64,000 nt of DNA, taken from the NCBI GenBank assembly GCA_965205645.1, contig OZ242172.1, positions 120,863 through 184,862 of the forward strand. The letters are read 5' to 3'. The notes below the pieces were generated by a model. It was not told the DNA's origin. It searched no databases and was given only the letters and a program-made list of their open reading frames with translations. Below, piece by piece: positions 55,858-64,000 of this stretch (its first letter is position 1; the number at the start of each line of letters is the position of its first letter). Made by a program: the position numbers and the translations under genes. Source of the DNA: Bdellovibrionales bacterium (GTDB taxonomy: Bacteria; Bdellovibrionota; Bdellovibrionia; Bdellovibrionales; UBA1609).

Positions 55858-57060
55858 ATGAAACAGAAAAAATCCACTACCCGGCATTCCAAAAAATCAC
55901 AAATAAAAAAACCGGTTCATATATCAGAAAATACAAAAGGCTTTGCCACCCGAGCTATTCATACAGGACAAGCACCGGATCCACATACCGGAGCAGTGAT
56001 GACTCCTATTGTACTTTCTTCCACTTATGCACAAAGCGCGCCTGGCCAACATAAAGGTTATGAATATTCTCGTGTATCTAATCCCACGCGAAAAGCTTTT
56101 GAACAATGTCTAGCCTCTTTAGAAGAAGGAACATTTTGTTATGCTTGTGCCTCTGGAGTGGCAGCAGAAAATTTAGTGTTTGAGTTTTTACAACCGGGCG
56201 ATCACTTAGTTGCAGAAAAAGATTTATATGGCGGCACTCTTAGAATTCTCACAAAAATCTTAACTCGCCGAAAAATACACATTCACTTATTAGATTTATC
56301 CAATAAACAAAATCTGCGAGAAATTCCTAAGGGAACTAAAATGATTTGGCTGGAAAGCCCTACCAATCCTGAGATGAAGTTAATAGATATCCAACTGATT
56401 AGCACTTTTGCAAAAAAGAATAAGATATTACTTGCTGTAGATAACACTTTTATGAGCCCATTTTTTCAAAAACCCCTAACATTAGGAGCTGATATTGTCG
56501 TACATTCAGCTACTAAATATCTAAGCGGTCATTCGGACATCGTTGCAGGAGCTGTCATTACATCTCAGCCACTACTGGCAGAGCAATTAGCATTTTGGAG
56601 TAAATCTTTAGGTCCTATTTTATCACCTTTTGATTCCTATTTACTATTAAGAAGTCTTAAAACTTTAAGTGTGCGAATGCAACAACATGAAAAAAATGCG
56701 CATGAATTAGCCCATTTTTTAGAAAAACATCCAGCAGTTCAAAAGGTTTTATATCCAGGTTTAAAGTCACACCCACAATATACTTTAGCGCGAAAACAAA
56801 TGAGTGGCAGTGGTGGAATGATCACAATTTATCTAAAAGGAAACAAAAAAAGCGTATTTACATGTCTAAAAAATTTTCAGATTTGCACACTTGCAGAAAG
56901 TTTAGGGGGAGTGGAATCATTAGTAGAACATCCTGCTACCATGACTCATCTCTCCTCTCCATATCCTCCAAGCAACTCTATGATCCGTATCAGCTGCGGC
57001 CTGGAAGATATTAACGACCTTAAACGTGATTTTACCCATGCCTTAGCTCATCTCACCTAA
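55858..57060 (+). CDS. Cys/Met-metabolism PLP enzyme (cystathionine gamma-lyase/gamma-synthase/beta-lyase family)
   Basis: 'YSRVSNPT', 'VDNTFMSP', PLP lysine in 'HSATKYLSGHSD', 'LAESLGGVESL'. Confidence 0.88.
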   Translation: MKQKKSTTRHSKKSQIKKPVHISENTKGFATRAIHTGQAPDPHTGAVMTPIVLSSTYAQSAPGQHKGYEYSRVSNPTRKAFEQCLASLEEGTFCYACASGVAAENLVFEFLQPGDHLVAEKDLYGGTLRILTKILTRRKIHIHLLDLSNKQNLREIPKGTKMIWLESPTNPEMKLIDIQLISTFAKKNKILLAVDNTFMSPFFQKPLTLGADIVVHSATKYLSGHSDIVAGAVITSQPLLAEQLAFWSKSLGPILSPFDSYLLLRSLKTLSVRMQQHEKNAHELAHFLEKHPAVQKVLYPGLKSHPQYTLARKQMSGSGGMITIYLKGNKKSVFTCLKNFQICTLAESLGGVESLVEHPATMTHLSSPYPPSNSMIRISCGLEDINDLKRDFTHALAHLT

Positions 57061-57214
57061 TATTAAAGAATGATGTTTAACAAAGATTTTTATATAAAAA
57101 ACCTACTGATACTTAAATAAAACAACGCTGTTTTGCAAAATATGACAACTTCACTCTTCTAAAAAACCAGAAACAAGTTTATGGTAACAATCTTTAACTG
57201 TTTAACCACTAAAA

Positions 57215-57287
57215 GGCTCGGTAGCTCAGTTGGTAGAGCAGGAGACTGAAAATCTCTGTGTCGGCGGTTCAATTCCGTCCCGAGCCA
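57215..57287 (+). tRNA. tRNA-Phe (anticodon GAA)
   Basis: Cloverleaf folded by hand. Acceptor GGCTCGG/CCGAGCC, D arm GCTC-AGTTGGTA-GAGC, anticodon arm GGAGA-CTGAAAA-TCTCT, variable loop GTGTC, T arm GGCGG-TTCAATT-CCGTC, discriminator A. CCA is not encoded. Confidence 0.95.
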
Positions 57288-57519
57288 TTTTTTTTATCCT
57301 GAAAATATAATTTATATACCCATCACAAACTGTCATTTATTCATTCAAATAAAATATATAAATAACCAGCTAATCACTTTACAAATAGATGATAACTTTT
57401 GAGGATTATTTCTTTTTTTTCTTTTAAACAAAAAATATTTTTACGCGATAGCCAATTCCATTAGCAGATACTGGACTAATAGCTAGCAAATAAAATGCTC
57501 ATATAAAAACTGTTTAAAG

Positions 57520-57566
57520 TTTAGACAATCACTGTACGATACATATTAAACGATTAATTGTCTAAA
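57520..57566. promoter_or_regulatory. 10-bp perfect inverted repeat upstream of the sigma-54 activator gene (operator candidate)
   Basis: 'TTTAGACAAT' (57520-57529) and 'ATTGTCTAAA' (57557-57566) are separated by 27 nt. The right arm ends 15 nt before the ATG at 57582. Confidence 0.3.
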
Positions 57567-57581
57567 TAAAGGCTAACACTG

Positions 57582-59177
57582 ATGTTTAATTGGGAAGATC
57601 TTAAAAACCTCCTTGTTGTCAAACAAGTACGCCAGATTATTTATAAATGGTGGAACATTGATATTTTGATTTTAGATACACAGATTATTGAAAATAATTC
57701 CTTCGCATTAGTACAGGATTTAGATTTTAAAAACCCTCTAATAAAAGATTTATTTCAAAATAAACTTTTCTGTGAATCTTTTTTTAAACAGTTACAATTT
57801 TATCAAAACAAACCAGTGAGTAATGCTTTTTCTCTTTTAGAAAAATGGCCGGAAACAGGATTACATATCTTATTAATTCCTATTGAAATCTATCAGCAAC
57901 GTACCGGTTTTGTCATCGCGACTGGATTTTTAACGGATCCCAAACCAACGGCTACTGATCAATCTGATTCCCCACAATTGATCGCTGCAAAAGAGAAATG
58001 GTTAGCGCACGGTTTTACTAATGAGTGGTATGAAACACATAAACAAAACATTCCATTTATTCATGGAACAGACAAACAATATTTTATTGATCTAACTGAA
58101 TTGATCACAAAAGAAATTTTATCCGTACAACAGGAAATAACAGAAAAAAGCCAAATAAAAAATATTCAAAAAACCAATAATACTTTATGGTACAGTAATA
58201 TTATCGGTAATTCCAAAATTATGCGCCAACTATATAATCTATTGGAACAAATTAAGCATTCCAACAACACTATTCTCGTCCAAGGAGAGAATGGCACAGG
58301 TAAAGAATTAATTGCTAAATCAATACACGACAATTCTGTGCGAAAAAATCAACCATTCATTGTGCAAAACTGCTCAGCACTAAATGATAATTTATTAGAA
58401 TCAGAATTATTTGGTCATGTAAAGGGAGCTTTTACAGGAGCTTATAAAGATAAACCTGGATTATTTGAAATAGCACACAAAGGAACTTTCTTCCTGGATG
58501 AAGTGGGAGATACTTCACCAGCAATGCAGGTAAAATTACTTAGAGTGATTCAAGACGGTAGCTTTTTTGCCGTTGGAGGAGTTGAACCTAAAAAAGTGGA
58601 TGTGCGTATTATCGCTGCCACTAACAGAAATCTAAAGCAAATGATAGAGCAAGGAAAATTCAGAGAAGATTTATATTATCGTTTAAATGTTATCAATATC
58701 CAGGTACCAGCCCTTAGAGAGAGAAAAGAGGATATCTCTTTACTGGCAGAATTTTTTATCAATCAACTCAGTTCCCAAACAAAAATATTTACAAAAAAAG
58801 CAATGGATAAATTAATTCAATATCCATGGCCTGGTAATGTTCGAGAGTTACAAAATGAAGCAGAAAGATTAGCTATTTTTTCTAGTAAAAATACTTATAT
58901 AAAAGAAGAATTTCTATCCGAAAAAATTAGAAATAAAGACGAAAATAAACAACTGGTAGAATCATTAAATTATCCAAGTGGAAAAATTATGAAAAAAGCA
59001 ATTGCTAATCTAGAAAGTCGTCTGATTGCTCGTTACTTAAGAGAAGAAGGATGGAATAAAACTCGCGTAGCGAAAAAGTTAGGTATCTCACGAGCCGCTT
59101 TAGTCTCTAAGGTAAAAGATTATAAATTGGAACGCCGGTTAATCAAAAAAGCGCCCTTAGTACAAAAAAAAGCTTAA
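57582..59177 (+). CDS. sigma-54-dependent transcriptional activator (bEBP) with unrecognised N-terminal sensor domain
   Basis: AAA+ 'GENGTGKE', 'GAFTGA' loop, 'FFLDEVGD', 'RIIAATN', and Fis-type HTH 'NKTRVAKKLGISRAALVSKVK'. The N-terminal 200 aa are not a receiver domain. Confidence 0.88.
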   Translation: MFNWEDLKNLLVVKQVRQIIYKWWNIDILILDTQIIENNSFALVQDLDFKNPLIKDLFQNKLFCESFFKQLQFYQNKPVSNAFSLLEKWPETGLHILLIPIEIYQQRTGFVIATGFLTDPKPTATDQSDSPQLIAAKEKWLAHGFTNEWYETHKQNIPFIHGTDKQYFIDLTELITKEILSVQQEITEKSQIKNIQKTNNTLWYSNIIGNSKIMRQLYNLLEQIKHSNNTILVQGENGTGKELIAKSIHDNSVRKNQPFIVQNCSALNDNLLESELFGHVKGAFTGAYKDKPGLFEIAHKGTFFLDEVGDTSPAMQVKLLRVIQDGSFFAVGGVEPKKVDVRIIAATNRNLKQMIEQGKFREDLYYRLNVINIQVPALRERKEDISLLAEFFINQLSSQTKIFTKKAMDKLIQYPWPGNVRELQNEAERLAIFSSKNTYIKEEFLSEKIRNKDENKQLVESLNYPSGKIMKKAIANLESRLIARYLREEGWNKTRVAKKLGISRAALVSKVKDYKLERRLIKKAPLVQKKA

Positions 59178-59181
59178 CGAC

Positions 59182-59481
59182 TTAATTAGTGCTTTTTTCG
59201 TCTGGTGATTTCGATTCATCTGGCATGTCACTAGCTGGCAGTTCATCTATTGGTTCAGGAGATAAACGAAATTTTTTACTAAAATGAAGCTTTTTCACTG
59301 AACGAGCAAAAGAAGAATTTTTCAGCACAGATTCTAAATGCTGCTCTAAAGACTGCTCTCCTACTACCACTTGCAATGCAATAACAACAACTACTGCTGC
59401 TGCTAGCTTTAATAAAAACCCTATAAAACTAAAGAAGAACCGTACAATCATTAGGTGAAAAAACACGCGGAGTATCATCAA
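59182..59481 (-). CDS. hypothetical membrane-anchored protein
   Basis: 99-aa ORF filling the gap downstream of groEL. Hydrophobic N-terminal half, acidic/Ser-Pro tail. No homology recognised. Confidence 0.3.
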   Translation of the reverse strand: MMILRVFFHLMIVRFFFSFIGFLLKLAAAVVVVIALQVVVGEQSLEQHLESVLKNSSFARSVKKLHFSKKFRLSPEPIDELPASDMPDESKSPDEKSTN

Positions 59482-59531
59482 TACATTCTAATAGATTTCT
59501 AGCCGTAGTGTAAAAGCAAAAAACTTTCACA

Positions 59532-61190
59532 TTACATCATAGGCATCCCGCCGCCAGCTCCCATACCAGGAGGTACACCACCTGCCGGTGAGTCATCCTT
59601 TTTAGGTGCATCCGCAATCATAGTTTCTGTTGTAAGCATTAAAGATGCAACCGAAGCAGCATATTCTAATGCTGAACGAACCACTTTCTTAGGGTCAATA
59701 ACACCAGACTTTTGTAAGTCCTCATACTTTCCTGTTAAAGCATTAAACCCAAAGGATTGTGATGATGATGTGTTTTGATGTGCTTCTAACACCTTATACA
59801 GTACAATAGCTCCATCTAAACCAGCATTAGCAGCAATCTGCCGAATAGGTGTTTCACAAGCTTTTTTAACAATGTTTACACCAAAACGTTCTTCATCGCT
59901 GACCTTTAAGGAGTCAAGCATAGTAGAAGCTTTTAACAAAGCGACTCCTCCACCAGGAACAATTCCTTCTTCTACAGCTGCTCGAGTAGAATTTAGAGCA
60001 TCTTCCACCCTTGCTTTTTTCTCTTTCATTTCTACTTCTGATGGTGCACCAACATGAATAACCGCAACCCCACCAGTTAGCCTAGCTAGTCTTTCCTGTA
60101 ATTTTTCCTTATCATAATCACTTGTACTTTCTTCCACTTGTGATTTAATTTGCGCTACCCGATCAGCAATATCCGCTTTTTTTCCTGCCCCATCGATAAT
60201 GATTGTATTATCTTTATCAATGACTATTCTTTTAGCTCTACCTAAATTCTGAACTGTCACGTTGTCTAATTTTTCTCCTGCCTCTTCACTCACCACACGA
60301 GTGCCCGTTAGAACAGCAATATCCTCTAACATAGCTTTTCTGCGATCTCCAAATCCAGGAGCTTTGACAGCCGCTACTTGCAAGGTACCTCTTAACTTAT
60401 TAACCACTAAAGTAGCTAAAGCTTCTCCTTCTACGTCTTCCGCAATAATTAAAAGAGGTTTATTGGCCTGTGCCACTCCTTCTAAAGCTTTTAATACATT
60501 TTTCATAGAACTAATTTTTTTGTCATAAACGAGTAAAAAACAGTCTTCTAAAATCACTTCCATTCTTTCTGCATTAGTCACAAAATAAGGAGATAGGTAT
60601 CCTCGATCAAATTGCATACCTTCGACAACATCTAACTCCGTTAGAGAGGTTTTACTTTCTTCCACAGTAATAACACCTTCTTGACCCACTTTTTCCATTG
60701 CCTGTGCAATAATATCTCCAATCTCTGAATCATTATTAGCGGAAATAGTACCCACTTGAGCAATCTCTGTCCTACCTTTTACAGGACTAGATAACTCAGT
60801 TAGTTTACTTGTAACCGCCGCGACTGCTTTATCAATACCTTTTTTAATTTGTGTGGGATTATGGTGGGCTGTAATATATTTTAACCCTTCACGATAAATG
60901 GATTCAGCTAAAATAGTAGCACTAGTCGTACCATCACCAGCTTCTTCATTAGTTTTATTGGCTACTTCTTTAACCATCTGAGCACCCATGTTTTCAAATT
61001 TATTTTTCAGTTCAATTTCTTTAGCAACTGTTACACCATCTTTAGTAATCACTGGTGCACCAAAGGATTTTTCAATAGCTACATTGCGACCTTTAGGACC
61101 TAAAGTAATTTTCACAGCATCTGCCAGTACACTCACTCCACGAGCAATAGCATCTCTTGCACCATCACCAAAACGAAGTTCTTTGCTCAT
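59532..61190 (-). CDS. groEL: chaperonin GroEL
   Basis: '[12 protein letters not shown]', '[12 protein letters not shown]', C-terminal '[11 protein letters not shown]'. Confidence 0.98.
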   Translation of the reverse strand: MSKELRFGDGARDAIARGVSVLADAVKITLGPKGRNVAIEKSFGAPVITKDGVTVAKEIELKNKFENMGAQMVKEVANKTNEEAGDGTTSATILAESIYREGLKYITAHHNPTQIKKGIDKAVAAVTSKLTELSSPVKGRTEIAQVGTISANNDSEIGDIIAQAMEKVGQEGVITVEESKTSLTELDVVEGMQFDRGYLSPYFVTNAERMEVILEDCFLLVYDKKISSMKNVLKALEGVAQANKPLLIIAEDVEGEALATLVVNKLRGTLQVAAVKAPGFGDRRKAMLEDIAVLTGTRVVSEEAGEKLDNVTVQNLGRAKRIVIDKDNTIIIDGAGKKADIADRVAQIKSQVEESTSDYDKEKLQERLARLTGGVAVIHVGAPSEVEMKEKKARVEDALNSTRAAVEEGIVPGGGVALLKASTMLDSLKVSDEERFGVNIVKKACETPIRQIAANAGLDGAIVLYKVLEAHQNTSSSQSFGFNALTGKYEDLQKSGVIDPKKVVRSALEYAASVASLMLTTETMIADAPKKDDSPAGGVPPGMGAGGGMPMM

Positions 61191-61222
61191 AATAATTCCT
61201 CCCTATTTAAAAACTACAAATT

Positions 61223-61510
61223 TTAATTTAATACTCCATAAACATCTTCTTCTCTCATCATCAGCAACTCTTCCCCTTTAACTTTAAATTCCGTACCGGA
61301 ATATTTGCCAAATAAAATCTTATCTCCAGGCTTTACTTCCAGCGGCAACCGTTTACCATCATCTGTTATACGACCCTGACCGGTATATAATACCTTTCCC
61401 ATCTGAGGTTTTTCCTTAGCTGTGTCCGGAATAATAATTCCGCCAGTTGTTTTTTCCTCTTCTGGAAGACGCTGTACAATAATACGATCATTAAGCGGAC
61501 GAATATCCAT
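61223..61510 (-). CDS. groES: co-chaperonin GroES
   Basis: '[12 protein letters not shown]', '[13 protein letters not shown]', 95 aa, immediately upstream of groEL. Confidence 0.97.
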   Translation of the reverse strand: MDIRPLNDRIIVQRLPEEEKTTGGIIIPDTAKEKPQMGKVLYTGQGRITDDGKRLPLEVKPGDKILFGKYSGTEFKVKGEELLMMREEDVYGVLN

Positions 61511-61560
61511 AACTATTTGCTCCTTGTTCTTTCATTAGATAAATAACTCAGATTGTCATC

Positions 61561-61589
61561 AAATATGAAAACAAAAGGTAGCTTGTCAA
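61561..61589 (-). promoter_or_regulatory. candidate sigma-70-type promoter of groESL
   Basis: On the minus strand, TTGACA (61589-61584), a 16-nt spacer, then CATATT. It lies ~50 nt upstream of the groES RBS AAGGAG. No CIRCE element seen. Confidence 0.3.
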
Positions 61590-61644
61590 GTAAAAACCTT
61601 TATAGAAGTAATGAATCGCAAAAATTACTAATTATTTTAACATT

Positions 61645-64000
61645 TTATTTAAAAAATGCTGTTTTTAAATAAAGACTTGTCTTTCCTTGTCCAGCTGTCA
61701 TCAATTCTGGCAATGATCCTTGTGCAACAATGCGCCCTCCTTCTGGCCCTGCTCCTGGGCCCATATCAATTAAATAATCTGAGCGAGTCAGAGCTTCCAA
61801 GTTGTGCTCGATCAATAAAACGCTGTTCCCTTTTTCCACCAAGTTATGTAGTAACTTCATCAGAAGCTGAACTTCGCGAAAATGCAGTCCCACTGTAGGC
61901 TCATCCAGGATGTACAAACAAGGTGAATCATCGGCATGTATTAATTCACGCACAAGCTTTAGACGCTGTGATTCCCCACCAGATAACGTAGAAAGGCTTT
62001 GTCCCAATACAAGATAGTCCATCCCTACTTTCTTTAAAAAAGCAAGCGGCCTCCAAATAGCCGGATAAGAAACAAAAAAATCCAAAGCTTGTTGAACGTT
62101 CATATTTAAAATCTGATAAATATTTTTACCTTTCCACTGAGCTTTTAACACTTTCGGCTGAAACCTTTTACCCTGACATTCTTCACACAAAATACGAACA
62201 GGATCCATAAACACCATTTCCACCTCTTGATATCCTAATCCACGACAAACAGAGCAACGTCCTCCATCTACATTCAAACTAAAATCCCTAGGAGAAAGAG
62301 GACAAGATCGAGCAATCAGTTGCCGAATAGAATCATAAATTTTTAAATAAGTAACTGGCAAACTTCGTCTCGTTTTTTCTATGGGAGAAGTATTCACTAA
62401 AACTATACGACGAAGATAAGATGCCCCTTTTAGTGTAGAATATATACCACCAGGTAACATTTTTTTATTAATTGCACGTGCCAGCGCCGGATACAGAGTG
62501 TATGTCACTAAAGTGGATTTGCCAGAACCACTTGGTCCAGTCATACAAACTAAACGATTTAAAGGTAATCGCAAATGTACATTTTTTAAATTATATGTCT
62601 GACATCCCTCAATTTCTAAAAAATATTTATATTCTTTAATTGCAACGGGCCGACGTGTTTTTGCTAAATGAATTGCATTAGAAAGTTTACTATTGGATAG
62701 CGGATTTTTTGTTAGGTAAGAACTAGTTAAACTTTTACTTTTTAAAAATTGCTCCTTTGATCCTGAAAAAACTACCTTTCCACCATTTTCACCAGACCCT
62801 GGTCCTAATTCTACAATAAAATCTGCAGATTTAATCATATCTGGATCATGTTCTACTACTACCAAGGTATTACCTAGTGTTTTTAATTTTTGCAGAACAG
62901 CACTTAAACAAGCAGTATCACTTGGATGTAACCCCACCGTGGGTTCATCTAATACATACAGAGTTTGAGAGAGACCAAGCCCTAATTGATGCGCCAAACT
63001 TAAACGTTGAAGTTCACCTGAAGAAAGAGTTCGCGCTGCACGATTTAAATTTAAATAGCCAAGTCCAATTGTATTTAATGTTTCTAAAAGAAAACGAATT
63101 TTACGAATAACTTCTGGTATTTTTTTTCGCTCCAAAACAGAAAATTTTATTTTCTGAAAAAAATTAAATAAAGATTGAATGTCCCTATCCAACATCTCTG
63201 GCAAAGTAAATCCTTTAAATGTAATGTAAGAAACTTCCTTTCTAAATCTCTTACCTTGACATTCTTCACATATCTTAGGGGTTTTATATCTGGATAAAAA
63301 TACCCGTACCGGGAGTTTATATTTTTTAGTCTCCAAATAATTAAAATAACCTTGAACACCTATAAATCTTGTATCTCCTTCCCAAATTTTCTTTTTTTGT
63401 TTTTTAGACAATGTTTCCCAAGGAGAATGCCAATCTATTTTTTGTAATCGGCAAAATTGTCTTAAACTTCTAAGTTCTGCAGTAGCAGAAGGCATTGTAA
63501 AAGGTTCTATCGCTCCTGCTGCCAATGATTTCCAAGGAGAACGTACAATCTTATTTTCATCCAATACAAAATGATTACCAAAACCCCTACATTCCGCACA
63601 AGCGCCTAAAGATTCATTAAAATTAAAAAAAGAACTTTGTATCGTAAAAGGAAATTGGTAGGCACACACAGGGCAACAAGATTGCCGACAACTGATATAT
63701 AAATTTTCACCCGTAGTGCTTACAATCCTTAAAAGTGCGCGGGAAGGATGGTATGTTTCTACTGCTCGTTGAGCCGTTTTTAAAGAATCTGCTAATTGCA
63801 CATGATTCTCAAACGCCAACTGATCGACAACTAAATATACTTGTCCTTTAGGCCATGTTTTAATTTGGTTAATTTCTTGCAGATGATATCTAATACTAGC
63901 CGCCGGTTTTTCTGAATGATAAATATAACGAAAACCATCTTTCAATAGCTGCATTTTTTTAGCCATGACACGTTGGTTTTTTTGTCGACTGGAATAACGA
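61645..64000 (-). CDS. uvrA: excinuclease ABC subunit A (5' end beyond the window)
   Basis: Zinc modules 'CPVC...CAEC' and 'CEECQGKRF', ABC signature 'LSSGELQRLSLA', second Walker A 'GPSGSGKST', 'LSGGESQRLKL', 'LYILDEPTVGLH'. The frame stays open upstream of Met 63966 to base 64000, and the first Walker A segment is absent. Confidence 0.9.
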   Translation of the reverse strand, partial: RYSSRQKNQRVMAKKMQLLKDGFRYIYHSEKPAASIRYHLQEINQIKTWPKGQVYLVVDQLAFENHVQLADSLKTAQRAVETYHPSRALLRIVSTTGENLYISCRQSCCPVCAYQFPFTIQSSFFNFNESLGACAECRGFGNHFVLDENKIVRSPWKSLAAGAIEPFTMPSATAELRSLRQFCRLQKIDWHSPWETLSKKQKKKIWEGDTRFIGVQGYFNYLETKKYKLPVRVFLSRYKTPKICEECQGKRFRKEVSYITFKGFTLPEMLDRDIQSLFNFFQKIKFSVLERKKIPEVIRKIRFLLETLNTIGLGYLNLNRAARTLSSGELQRLSLAHQLGLGLSQTLYVLDEPTVGLHPSDTACLSAVLQKLKTLGNTLVVVEHDPDMIKSADFIVELGPGSGENGGKVVFSGSKEQFLKSKSLTSSYLTKNPLSNSKLSNAIHLAKTRRPVAIKEYKYFLEIEGCQTYNLKNVHLRLPLNRLVCMTGPSGSGKSTLVTYTLYPALARAINKKMLPGGIYSTLKGASYLRRIVLVNTSPIEKTRRSLPVTYLKIYDSIRQLIARSCPLSPRDFSLNVDGGRCSVCRGLGYQEVEMVFMDPVRILCEECQGKRFQPKVLKAQWKGKNIYQILNMNVQQALDFFVSYPAIWRPLAFLKKVGMDYLVLGQSLSTLSGGESQRLKLVRELIHADDSPCLYILDEPTVGLHFREVQLLMKLLHNLVEKGNSVLLIEHNLEALTRSDYLIDMGPGAGPEGGRIVAQGSLPELMTAGQGKTSLYLKTAFFK

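Noticed and set aside
1-64000. CRISPR arrays, rRNA operons, transposases, integrases, prophage or classic defence-system genes
   Set aside because: I found no regularly spaced direct repeats, no rRNA-like sequence, and no ORF with recognisable transposase, recombinase, Cas or restriction motifs while reading all tracked ORFs.

Overview
Visibly AT-rich chromosomal segment of a Gram-negative bacterium (secretin, lipoboxes, SecDF, RodZ, sigma-54 activator). My guess is a Bdellovibrionota/Oligoflexia-like organism, unverified. Most of it is housekeeping: peptide ABC permeases, lon/clpX/clpP, pepA, a gshA-like ligase, lysS, class I FBP aldolase, nfu, secDF, shikimate genes (aroA, a shikimate kinase-dehydroquinase-shikimate dehydrogenase fusion, aroC), nadE, a dnaQ-like exonuclease, rodZ, ndk, sucCD, mdh, a Hanks kinase, uppP, a trans-sulfuration PLP enzyme, tRNA-Phe(GAA), a sigma-54 enhancer-binding protein, groESL and uvrA (5' end outside the window). 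The accessory part is a Tad/Flp pilus locus (33.5-41.7 kb, minus strand). It has a fused TadZ-TadA ATPase, several prepilin-like genes and a terminal YD-repeat gene. It is flanked by a family of secreted Gly-rich/'FKGY' proteins, one of which carries an Flp prepilin motif. Orphan TadG-like and TadB/C-like genes lie elsewhere in the window. Four things stood out. (1) A 55-70 nt dispersed repeat occurs as four units at three loci, and three units sit in-frame inside nadE and the aro fusion, which is RPE-like behaviour. (2) A clpP-clpX duplication has decayed reciprocally around an inserted Sel1-like gene: a clpP pseudogene is still joined to the clpX start, and a clpX 5' relic follows the intact clpP. 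(3) The Tad-associated gene set resembles, from my memory, the Bdellovibrio hit-locus architecture. (4) A 72-aa protein is made almost entirely of K/R hexapeptide repeats. I saw no CRISPR array, rRNA, transposase, integrase or phage genes. All coordinates of repeats and relics were read by eye and may be off by a few nt. No database search was possible.
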